A program made the position numbers and the translations under genes. Of a stretch of 64,000 nt of DNA, positions 1-11,378 are shown in pieces. Source of the DNA: Callorhinchus milii (taxonomy: Eukaryota); assembly GCF_018977255.1 (NCBI RefSeq), contig NW_024704742.1:119662001-119726000 (forward strand), in the 5' to 3' direction. Below the pieces are notes generated by a model that worked only from the letters and a program-made list of their open reading frames with translations, had not been told where the DNA came from and searched no databases. Each line of letters starts with the position of its first letter. Position 1 is the stretch's first letter.

Positions 1-283
1 CGCTTTGCAAGCGAGAGACCTGAATTCAATTCCAGGTCAGAGCGAAACCTTGGGCAAGTTTCCTTACTCCTAATAATAATCCCTCCAAAACCAAAAACAA
101 TAATAAATTGGTCATTTTCAATCTACGGGCTGTTGTGGGACATTGCTGTGCGCAATTGGCTGCCGCGTTCGCCCACAAATATAGTCAGTTCACTTTACAG
201 TGTGTTCTGTGAAGCGCTTTGGGACCTCCTCCTGACGTGAAAAGCGCTATATCAAATGCAAGGATTATTATTATTATTATAAT
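1..283 (+). mobile_element. tRNA-derived SINE family A (short, young form), cut by the window edge
   Basis: tRNA-like head with B-box-like TTCAATTCC, central TGTGGGACATTGCTGTGCGCAATTGGCTGCC domain, L2-like tail ending (ATT)n; near-identical to the copies at 30061, 30720 and 38308. Confidence 0.92.
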
Positions 284-329
284 AATTTTTAACTTTTAAG
301 AATATACTGTAAAGTGAATTGACTGTGAT

Positions 330-735
330 GGAGAGCCACTCCACTGGCTCCCATCACCGAATGGATCGACGTCAGGATCCTCACACTCGTGTTCAAACTC
401 CTTCATTCCCTGGCACCTCCCAACATCTTCGACAACCTCACTGCCCAATCCACCACCTGGTGCCTCCACTCGATTGGCACTGGCTTTCTGCTCGTGACTC
501 ACGCCTTCCACTCCACCATTGGAGGTCACGCATTCAGCCACTACGCCCTGAAACTCTGGAACCTCTGCTCAATCCCTCCGCCCCCTCTCCCCTTTTTCAT
601 GTCCCACCTGAAAACCTTCCTTTTCAACCATGCTTACAGTCATTTCTCCCCCCCACACCCCCCAGCTTAGAGTCGGACTCTGTCACTGAGATGCTACCCT
701 GTCACTGAGGGTGCAAAATAAGTGCAAGTTGTTGT
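330..735 (+). mobile_element. L2 3' fragment
   Basis: STIGGHAFSHYALKLWN, SHLKTFLFNHAY; tail TAAGTGCAAGTTGTTG. Confidence 0.85.
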
Positions 736-739
736 ATAT

Positions 740-996
740 TTTGTGAAATGCGGTAGCCAATTGCATAAAGGAGTGGATTGAGTAAACACATTATTATTAT
801 TAATTTATTTTTGAAGGGATTATCAAGCCCAGAATAGCGATCCTCCAATCGACTAACAATTGGGTTCCTACTTGCTGCTAGGTAAACAGAGGTATGTGGA
901 GTAAGTAATCTTGCCTAACTATTCAGCGTGCACGGGAATCGAACCCAGGTGCTCTCACTTGCGAGGCGAGTGCTCTAGCCATGAAGCTACAGGACT
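740..996 (-). mobile_element. SINE family A, long form, diverged
   Basis: Head (GGGAATCGAACCCAGG...GCTACAGGACT on +) and the internal block are present. Confidence 0.8.
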
Positions 997-1138
997 TGAG
1001 TTATCAGGCACTTGGAGACTTTCTGTCCAAATCCCTCAACCTCCCACCCTTTGGCTACCTTTCTCCTTCCTCCCCCACCTACCATCATCTCAGGCTCCAC
1101 TCAGTCTTTGTGAAGCACTTTGAAGCATTCTCCTATAT

Positions 1139-1340
1139 CAGTGGTGGCCAACCTTTATGGTCGGCCAACAAAATACATTTTCCTGATTGAATATTTTTGG
1201 ATTATTCAATCAAAAAAAACTGAAAACAAACTACCGATTGAACACGGATTTACCTAGACTTGTGTGAATGTTCCGGGGGCCACTTTTTGACAGCCCCGTG
1301 GGCCACTTTCGGCCCACGGACCACCGGTTGGCCATCACTG
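1139..1340. mobile_element. hAT-type non-autonomous DNA transposon (MITE), 202 bp, nested in an old L2-type tail
   Basis: TIRs CAGTGGTGGCCAACC / GGTTGGCCATCACTG (14/15 match); flanking 8-mers TCCTATAT / TGCTACGT (5/8, decayed TSD). Confidence 0.8.
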
Positions 1341-2988
1341 TGCTACGTGAAAGGTGCTGCACAAGTGCAAAGTGTTAAGTCTTAAGAAATCATTTTCAAT
1401 GAGAAGTTCACTTACAGTGAGGTGGAGGGGGAGGAATTTTAAAAATGTTGTGCTTAGGATACTGCCCAGTTTTCACATCATACAAATGATCATACGTGTC
1501 TTTTAGTTAACTTCCCTGATGAAAGGCATGATGTGGATTAATCTCTATGTAATTGGCAATTAAATAAAAGATATGTCCAAGCACACTTATGTGGCTAACA
1601 GATCAAAATGTAATATTTATACCACATGTGCCTTGATACATGTGGAGATTCTTATTCCCACATGTGAGGTCATAAATACAGCGGTATACATATGGCATGG
1701 AGTGCTGCGGAAATTGCTATGGTACAATTCATCTCTGTTTTTTACGTGCAAACCGTAATTTATTTACAACTTCGTCATCCACAGGTTATGCAGTTGGCCT
1801 CAGTGAAGGAGGTATTTTATCACATCTCACAGTTGTCAGCCAAGTATCCTGAATAATTCAACAAAACAAGGCATGCCACAGCCATATAAAGTAATTATCA
1901 TGGTTTTTAAATTGCTAGGACTTGCAACCAACATGTGAACCATTTTACAATTCCAACAGTGAAACAATTTTGTATATTAAATAGTAACCCACCCCCACAT
2001 TGCTGACATTTCCTTCCAATTCCCTCCTGAATCTATACTTATGGTCAGTTCTACAAAGTGGTAGTCTCAACTACTGTTGAAAAAATCTTCATCTTGAATG
2101 ATACCTAAGAGGAATTATTCTCTGTAAGTGCTCATTCGTGTACTCATTATTTGCACTCAGTCCAGAACCTTGCACAATTATTGTTCTAATTCTCACCAAG
2201 TACCACTGAATATATCTCAGATCATCAAGTTCAATATCCTTTCCTTGGTCTTCAGTTCCAATGAGCCGATACCTTTCACTCTTCTGACATGTTTACGATT
2301 CACTCCATTCCTAATGTTCCACCATCGATGGGTGAGCTTTCAGCCACCATCATGCCAATCCTCCTGAAATTATCCTTGGAAGCCATTTTGCTTGCTTCCT
2401 CGCTCCCTTCCTAAAACCCTCCTAACACTAGGATATTGGTCAATAGCTTTAAATATCTCATTTCAATTCAACACTTCTAATGACTGGTTGTATTCTTTCA
2501 AGAATCTTCCTATCATTGCTCCGTGCACTGACTGATGAGTGCAGATGTAGCAAAGGATGTCTGAAATAAGAGAAATTCCTAACAATAGTTAGTGTTTGTG
2601 ACCCATGTGATGCGATTAATGTGGATGAAAGAGACCAATTCTAATTAGAAAATAGAGCAATCTTTTCCACTTCAAAAACCTGCCTCCAAAGAAGCTTTCC
2701 CTAAGTAATTTATACTGAATGCTTCAAGGAGTTTGGTTAAAAAAAAGGTAAGACAGAAATGCCAGTTCTCTTTGGTGATGATGCTTGTTATCACTCCGCA
2801 ACAGAAGCATTTAAACTTTGAAGTCATACACAATTCTGCCCAGCCAACACAACTTTAAAATTCAAGTCCTTTGATCAATGTAATGAAATGTGTGAGAGTC
2901 AGCTACAGAAAGCTCTTGCTGAACTCGAAGCTTTCCAAGATTGACAACTGGCATGTTGTCAGATCTCCAAGCACATTTCGATCCTTAC

Positions 2989-3268
2989 ATCCATTCACTA
3001 GATTAAGTCCGCATGGGATGATTGGAACAGCACCATTAACAAATGCTTCGGGGATTCCTGGTTGATGTTGAGGATGACAGTGCCCCCGAGATAGCAGATA
3101 CAATGCACGTTGTTGGAACTGGTGAAAGAAGCTGCCAGAATACTGCACTTTCTGTGAGTACTGCCGCATATTGATACAGATTGCACTCAACATGGAAGAT
3201 TTTCCAATCAACTCAGCAAACAAATCGATCTACATTGGCTTGCAACAACAAACATGAGACAGTCAACC
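2989..3268 (-). other. Candidate alternative exon with its own ATG (3193; MLSAICINMRQYSQKVQYSGSFFHQFQQRALYLLSRGHCH...)
   Basis: Non-repetitive sequence; acceptor TATTTGCTTTAG|G at 3268; possible donor GAT|GTAAGG at 2989; the frame is open to 2903. No homology recognised. Confidence 0.22.
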
Positions 3269-5009
3269 CTAAAGCAAATAGCGTTGAAACCAATGAAACT
3301 GGTAAATAATCTTACAGTAATGCTAGTGTTTAAATGGTGAACGGTGTAATGCAGCAAAATGACTAACATTTATGTTAACATGTTGAAATACAGTAACGCT
3401 ACTTACGACTGAGTAATATTTCCATAATATAAATCATCAGGTGAGTGCCAATATTAATGTTGGCTGCTTTGGCTTTTTCAATGTAATACTAAAAATGTTT
3501 GCATTTTCAATAAAGCACAATAATGTTAACAATAATGGCCCTTTCAGTAACACAGTGGATAAAAATTCCAGAAGTCAACTAAAAAAAAACAAGCATCACA
3601 TCATCACACACTCTACTTCTATTGATCAGCCACCTCTGGATTACAGCCAATCTGGGCCAGTCCCTGAGGTGACCATCAGACAGCTTTTGCTGTAAATACA
3701 GATTTTTGAAACGACGGTTAAGTCAAATAACTATTCTTCAAAAAAGGTTTGCATCCATACATCTCTGACAGCAATGCTGATGTAATCATTGTGGACAATT
3801 TCTACAGACAGTTGGGAGGGGAGGGGCAAACTGCTCCATATTATTGATGAACTGACACAAGGAGAAAAAACAAACAGAAATTACCCAGTCATGTTCATCA
3901 ATTGTTGACATCATGCTGCCTTCAAAAAAGGACCGTTCAACTTAATTTAAAACCAGAACACATAGTCAGACCGCCACCCGTTCTATCTGCTGCGCATTAT
4001 CAATCATGTAAAGCCAGTGCAGTCCACTCACAGCAGCAATGCGTACCTTCCTTCGCAAAGCATTACGATTTTTTGACGAGCACCTAACTGAAAAGCCGCG
4101 TTCTATGTATTATTCCTTTAACTGCTTTAGGGACATCAGGCAGCTGTTTGTTTATACCGAACAACGTGATACAGATATGGAGGTTGTGAGCGAGTTCACT
4201 CAGAAACACAATACAACAAGCAAGTAATAAAACTAAGATAAAATATATTCCCACAGGCTACTCTTTGAAAATGGCCAATACTTATTAAGTACTTGCTGCT
4301 GCAGAAGTTCCTGACTAGAATACAGTGTATGAATTCCTGGAACACTAACATGATTGCATTCATTAAATCCAGCTCAACCACTTATCACAGAATATATCAC
4401 ATATTAACAAGACTCAAGACCTTACTGATTTACAGCTGAATTTATTGCGGGGGGGGTTGTTTTAAAACAAACATGGGTACAATACTGATGAGCTTCCGTT
4501 GAGTTACCAGCTACTGTTAATATTCACAAAAGCTATTGTTGTCTCCCAGATGAAAGTAGTCGCACAATAAAGTGCTGGATTTTTCTGGGCATTTACAAAA
4601 GGAGGAAGGAACACACACATGCACGAGTGCACGCAAGTGCTCTCAAAACTAAAATGATAAAGCGCATCAATAATAGAAAAAGGCAATTCAAAGGAGAGTA
4701 AAAATTAAGTCAATGATGCAGCAATCAAAACATACCATAAAGTGTGATTGTAAAAGAGCAAACATGTATCATAGAATTAAACTACTGCATGTTGAATTCC
4801 AAAATTGATCTTCGTAAATCTTCATAAACCAAAGATTTAAGTTTCTGCACGTTTTTTAAAAAGAACTACAGTGAAAGCATTTGAAGTTAATACACTTTTT
4901 TAGTCAAAGATAGCATTTGTCACCATGAGCAGACTTGATGGTCTGAATGTGGGAAATAGGCTGCCCCATTTACCCACAAAATAGTCGATCCACTCAGCAC
5001 TTTATTAAT

Positions 5010-5305
5010 CCTACAATAATAATCCCTGCATTTTGTGGGCAAACCGCAACAGCCAATTGCACACATGAGTGTTCCACAAACAGTTGTGGATTGAGTGACC
5101 AAATTAGCATTATATTTTGTAATTACACTTTTTTGAACGGTAAAAGCGATCTGCCAATTAACTAACAACTGGGCTCCTACTTACTACTTGGTAAACAGGT
5201 GTGTGGAGTAAGGAAACTTGCTTAAGGTTTAACCCTGCCCAGGAATCAAACCGAGGTCCTCTCTTGTGAGGCGAATGCTCTAACCAATGTGCTACAGAAC
5301 TCCAC
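5010..5305 (-). mobile_element. SINE family A, long form, diverged
   Basis: Similarity to the copies at 18162 and 42163. Confidence 0.82.
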
Positions 5306-5880
5306 TTTGGGATGTTTTCCTGATGTGAAAGGCGCTATATAAATGCAATTTGTTGTTGTGGGCCTCCACCTGTCCCTGTGTTTTTATGTAACACCCAGCA
5401 CAGGGCTCCGTGAACTTTCAACTCTGAAGTTTTAAAGCAAAAACTACAGAAAATTCATCTATTTCCACATTGCAATGTTGGCCTCTTTTTCTCCCTCAGC
5501 AGCACAATAGATCTTTGTGTCTATCCTATCTTATGGATAGGTGCTGATTTATATACTACATGGGACACAAAGATCTATTGTGCCTTTAGCTTATTCCAAA
5601 TCACAGAGCCAGTAGTATCAATGTGTTGAATCCTGCAATTTCCATAGTCAGCATGAGATTTAATATGCTGCATCCCGTCATTCAACCCAATTTAAACTGT
5701 TAAAAATGTTTCAATACATTAAAAACAAACACACTGGTTAAAACAATGGACTCAGTGACATATTGCATTTAACCAATGAAAGTTAGAATGTAAAAATAAT
5801 CATCTCACACTTGTCTACCCTCTCTTCCCCACATAGTCCATAAGAATACATCAATAACTTTTGATTTGTGAACAAAACAG

Positions 5881-6021
5881 AGAGGTTCTGACGAAGGGTC
5901 AAGGACTTGAAACGTTGGCCCACTTCCGTTTCTCCCTAGATGCTGCCTAACCTCCTGAGTGTTCCCAGCAACTTCTGTTTTGTTTCAGATTTCCAGCATC
6001 TGCAGTATTTTGCATTTTATT
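5881..6021 (+). mobile_element. Penelope-type terminal-repeat fragment with hammerhead-like core
   Basis: CTGACGA-AGGGTC-AAG-GACTT-GAAA-CGTT at 5888-5916, then GATGCTGCCTAACCTCCTGAGTGTTCCCAGCAACTTCTG, shared with 23014-23214; family assignment inferred. Confidence 0.65.
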
Positions 6022-6059
6022 TAATATCTTTTGATTGATTGATTACTATTTCTCCCATA

Positions 6060-6290
6060 TGAACTTGCATTTATACAGCGCCCCTCACACAGGGTAGCGT
6101 CCCAGAGCGCTTGACAGTGGTGGAGCACCACGCTGAGCCGGGGGAGGTGACCGTAAGCACGGTCGAAGAGGAAGGTAACCTGAAGATGGGGAAGGAAAGG
6201 GCAATGTGGTGGGACAGAGGAAGAGTGTTCCAGAGTTTTGGGGTGTAGTGGCTGAAAGTGTGGCCACCAATGGTGGAGCGGTGGGCATGA
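6060..6290 (-). mobile_element. L2 3' fragment
   Basis: RSTIGGHTFSHYTPKLWNTLP and the characteristic tail. Confidence 0.85.
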
Positions 6291-7654
6291 GAGACACACA
6301 AGAGAGAAAGAGAGAGAGTGTGAGAAACAGATATACTGTACACAAGCTGCATCACAAGATAAATTACTGACACCATTTCTGGGGCCTTTGGCAGGCAGAA
6401 TTCCCTTTCCTGTGGAAAAATAATTAAAAACAAAATCAAAAGGCAAGTCCGGCAAATGTGAAACAAATCATCTTTCTAGAGTTCTTAAAGATTCCATTCA
6501 CTTCAGTGCCCCACTGGTGTTTTGCAATCTTAAAAGATCCTATAAAAATACACCAGTGGGCTCTAGCATCCCTGAAGGAAGACAAACTGTAAATCTGGAA
6601 TTCATTATACACTAATCTACCCTGTGAAGGACAGCTAAATCAGAGGAAAGTTTGCCAAATACTGCTTTAAAATACACTGACGAGCATTGTAAATCTGGTC
6701 CCAAAGTGAGAATAAATGCCAATTTTCAGTCTATTCTTTAAAATGATGCACATTTTCTTCCCAGGATTATTCAAAACAAAACACAATCTGGTTATCATAT
6801 ACAAGGTATATGAAATATAATTTAGTATACAGATTACATCTAAAAGCGTTGTGAGCCTGATTTTAAAAAAAAGCTCTGGAATAGAAAGGAAGTGCTACTA
6901 CAACGTATACAGCTCGGTTTAGACCACGGGTTAGCGTCTTCTGTTATAACGCAGCATCTCTGATCAAAAAAATTAGACAGTGCACCACACTTGTCAGGTC
7001 TCTGCCTTAGTCACTTCCTGCACAAGTGTGCTTGCACGTTATATGCAGGAAACCCTCTGAGGTCACTGATGTCTGACATGAGGGGAAATTCATCACTATG
7101 CTTAAGAGTATCTTAAACGGACAGGTTTCCACATTTATATGCCACCTATACATGCTAATTTTCTTTTGTCTGGAATGGTACATGCACTCTATCCTTAGGA
7201 CACTCTCTGCTTAGTTAATTCCAGAGAGCATTAGGCACAGGTTGGCAAGAGCCGCAGCTTGGGAACTCTAGAGTACGTGTTGGGATAATGCTGGAGGCTA
7301 ACCAGCTCAACCCCAATTTTGTGATTGAGAACACTGTCTGGCAAGCTTCCCACTGCTTATCCAGCTGGAACCACCCTACTCATTAGGGATTTGGCTTGTA
7401 GGATGAACAGGAGCCAAGTGGAAAGAATCTCTGTTCCCAGTGATCAGCTTGCACCTCCATGTCCTGCCAATGAGCCAGGCAAGTCTGATATCACAGTGGC
7501 ATCATCCAGCTCAGTTCCAAAAAGACTCTACTTCCCTCCCCCACAAGGAAGATAGAACAGACCTCAATAAAATATGGCACTATTGGATCAGATTCACAAC
7601 TATTAAGAAACGATCTCCTCGAACATGTTGCACACGTCACCATCATGTCTATAA

Positions 7655-7980
7655 CAGCAACTTTTACTTAAACAGCACCTTTCACATAGGATGACCATCT
7701 CAAAGATGGACATGGAGGAAACCAAGGGAATTTGAGGAGGTTGACCAAAGCAATAAACATCAAGATAAGTTTTTAAAAAGAGGATTTTGAAGGCAGGGAG
7801 ACGAGTTGCAAAGCAAAGGGATTCTTGGCGAGATTCCAGAGATGAGGCCGCTTTGCTGAAGGATGGAGGAGTGAGCAACAGAGTTAGAAAAGGTGAGGAC
7901 ATAGGGAGGAGTATTGGGCTGGAGGGGATTGCAAAGTCTAATAGATGAACATTTGTAAAAGGATTTGAAGGAGATCATAT
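7655..7980 (-). mobile_element. Old L2 3' fragment
   Basis: FKILFLKTYL-like end and a diverged tail. Confidence 0.65.
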
Positions 7981-8594
7981 ATGATGGTGCCTGAGTTTAG
8001 CTGGATGCCAAGGTACCTAGCACATTAAGCCAACAGAACCAGGCAAGAATACCAGCGCATCATTGATCGACTCACAGGCTCTGATTTGTGCCAGCGAAGT
8101 ACAATCAATGTCATTCATTATGACATTTTGTACCAGATCATCAGGTTATACGATAGCTGACACAATGCCTATCCTAACATTTTAATGAAGCATTAATACC
8201 TCTCATTACATTAGATGTTATCAGAGCCCTTATTGTGCTGGTTGTGTAAGAATGTCCTGAGGATTTGTTTTGCAGAATGATTCCTTCCACATTGGCCAAA
8301 AAAGCACATCTCTAATTTTAGTCTCCCTCAGGACATTCAACTGAAGTGCGGCTAATAGAATTTAAGGAATGAGCGGTAGTGGTGCTTACTTTATAGTGTG
8401 CATGCATCTGGAAGAATGAGAGCAATGGGCCTGAAGGTCCCTCTTCATCAGCATCAATCTTCTGATAACAAAACCAGGGAAGGGGAAGGTACATTGTTTT
8501 CAAACTCAAAACATACAGTTTTGTATTTGTTTTTAAGCAGACATTTTTTTTGGGGGGTGGGTGGGGGGTGGGATCAGTCGAGCGTCCAACACAC

Positions 8595-9590
8595 AGGGTG
8601 AGAGGGAGGTGACCATAGGGATGGTTAAAGAGAAGGGTCTTCAGGTGTGATTTGAAGATGGACAAGGATGGGGGACAGGCAGATTGTGGTAAAGTTCCAG
8701 TCTTGAGGATAAATGGCTGAAAGCACGACCGCTGATGGTGAGCGGAGAGGAGGAGGGATGTACAGGAGGCCAGAGCGAGCTGAGTGAAGGGGGGTACGCA
8801 TAGGGGAGTGGGATTAGAGGATGGAGAGGTTTTGATGTGCCAGGGAATTAAATGATTTGTACGCGAGTGTAAGGATCTCGAAAATCAATTTATTCTGCAA
8901 TAGGGATCCAAGTGGAGCCTGGCAAGGATTGGGTTGAAGGTGGGTGCGGAGTTTGGTGCGAGTGAGGATACTGGCAGCAGAATTTTGAATTACCTGGATT
9001 TTACAAATGGTGGAGCTGGGGAAACCAGCGAGGAGGGTATTGGAAAACTGGAGACGGGAGGTGACGAATACATGGTGCTAGTTGGAGGTGGGCGATGTGA
9101 TGGAGCAAAGCCATCCTGGTTATGGATCAGGTGTAGGGTAGAGAAGATAACTGGAGATTGAACCCAATGCCTAGGTTGTGCACAGGTTCATCAAGTCTGA
9201 AGGATAGACTGGGGAGGTTAAGGAGGTCAGAACTGCAGGTGAGATGATGTTGACAGGAGCCAAGGAGTGCTGCTTCCATCTCGTCAACATTCAGCTGCAG
9301 AAAGTTGGTGTCTTGATGTCTGACAAGCAGGCAGTTATACATGGGTGAACCTGGGGTCATGGCTAGAGGAGGAAAGGTAGTCTGTGCATAATCTGCATAC
9401 ATGTGGAAGTAGACCACATGTCTGTGGATGATGTTACCGAGAGGGAGAGTGCAAATGAGAAAAAGGAGATGGCAAAGGATAGAGCGTTGGGGTACACCGA
9501 GGGTGACCATGCAGAGGCAGAAGGAGAAACCATTTTCAGAGATGCAAACTCGAACCAGGAGAGCAGGGCCTCACTGAACTGAGAACCTCT
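8595..9590 (-). mobile_element. Decayed L2 ORF2 3' fragment
   Basis: GVPQRSILCHLLFLICTLPLGNIIHRH..FHMYADYAQ, NFLQLNVD; FKSHLKTLLF near the 3' end. Confidence 0.88.
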
Positions 9591-10614
9591 GGAACTTGTT
9601 GTTCTAAATCACAGAAATTAATCTGCATCGCTCTTGCTTATACACCATGGACGTTGGGAGACATAATCAAGGTCAGTAAAACAATAACAAGGATAATCTA
9701 GATACAACAGTGAGCACATAACTTAGGTTGCAATCACCTAACTTAAGGATAGAAATGCAGTTTATAAGCTAGAGGGGAGATTGACAAGCAAAATAATGTT
9801 TATCTCTTCTCTCCAGTAATAGATACGATAGTTACAATACAATTTGCATTTATAGAGTCTTTCACACTGGCAGGACATCCCAAAGCATTTTACATAGCAG
9901 GAGATATGCTCTTTGGACATGGACTGATCCTCAGCAGTGATCACACTCATAAAGAGATATAAAGATAATGAAGTAAAGATTGATGTGGATGTAAAGATTT
10001 ATTTGATAAAAATAGTATGGACAGAGGAGAGAAAAGGCAAAATTATACAAAAAATGTAATGAGCAGCATGTAGTTTAATTTCTTGGCAATTAGCCATTGC
10101 CTTAGAGAACAGCATTTATTCCACCAGGTGGCAATCTAACTCAACTGAAGCAATTAAAAGGGAACAGTTCAAATCTTGGGAGACCGGAACAAAATAGATT
10201 TCTATTGAACACCAAAACACACACAAAATGCAGACTCTCGACAAACAGAACATCTCAAAGCTGGATTTAATAGGCAACTCATTTTAAAAGCCAGGTTTAA
10301 ACCACACATAGACAAAATTAAACCCAAATGAGAGTTTGTTTCTTGTAGAAGATACTAACTGTGGATAAATTTAGTCAACTCACGTAGCCAAAACTTCAAT
10401 AGCACATTAACCAACATGATGAAAGGTTAGAAATAGTTTAATTCTAATTGTAGTTGATTGAAAGCCAAACAGCTGCCATAAATGGACTGGCCGGTCAGTT
10501 TCTGTGCTCGAGGGAACATAATGCTCTGCTACAGTCACAAACAATAAATCTAACTTGAGGAGCAGCTCTATCTACACTGTTATTGAGCTGGTGCTTAGTT
10601 AGATTTATATGTCA

Positions 10615-10782
10615 AAACCCCTCCCCTCCCTTCCCCCCCCCCCGACCCTAGCTCGGGTCTGAAATACTGTACTCTGTCTAGCGCCTTGGGACGTCCTCCC
10701 AACATGAAAGGCGATATACAAATGTAATTTTGTTGTTGTTGATGATGTGAAAGGAGCTATACAAATGTAATCTTGTTGTTGT
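10615..10782 (+). mobile_element. L2 3'UTR/tail with a duplicated terminal segment
   Basis: GCGCCTTGGGACGTCCTCCC...TGAAAGGCGATATACAAATGTAA-(TTG)n followed by a second TGAAAGGAGCTATACAAATGTAA-(TTG)n. Confidence 0.82.
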
Positions 10783-10989
10783 AATATGAAATAACTTAAT
10801 TTTGAACTAGATGCATGAGAGAAAAGAGTTAGCCTACTACCCAAAACAGGATACAAAGTATGTATTCTTATCCCAATCCACCTGCAAACAAAAATACTGC
10901 AACCAAGACAGCATTAAAATTAACAATGAAAGATGGGTTTAACCACAGAAAAAAGATGTTATCTGAAAAGTAGAATGAACTTGAAGGTA

Positions 10990-11378
10990 TCAGCTTTGCT
11001 CAGTTGGTAGCAAGTTGGGTCAGAAGGCTGTGGTTTCAACTCCTGTGTCAGGGACTTTGAGCTCATCGTCTGGACTGACAATGTATTACCAGAAGTGCCA
11101 ACCTTCAAATGGGACATTAAACTGAAGTCTCATTTTCCTATTTAAGTCGATGTTATAGAATCTATGACATTATTTGAAAAGAGAAGGGAGTTTCTACAGA
11201 TGTTCTGGCCAACAAATCTTAGTTATATTGGCCATTCACTTCCTAGCTGTTTGTGGGACATTGCTGTGCGCAAATGTACTGTTGAATTTGCATACTCACT
11301 GCTTTTCATCATTGTGAAGCACTTTGAGACGATTTCAGGTGATAAGGCTTATATCAAATGTAAGGATTATTTTATAAT
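10990..11378 (+). mobile_element. SINE family B, diverged
   Basis: Colinear with the 55247 copy; ends ATCAAATGTAAGGATTATT. Confidence 0.8.
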
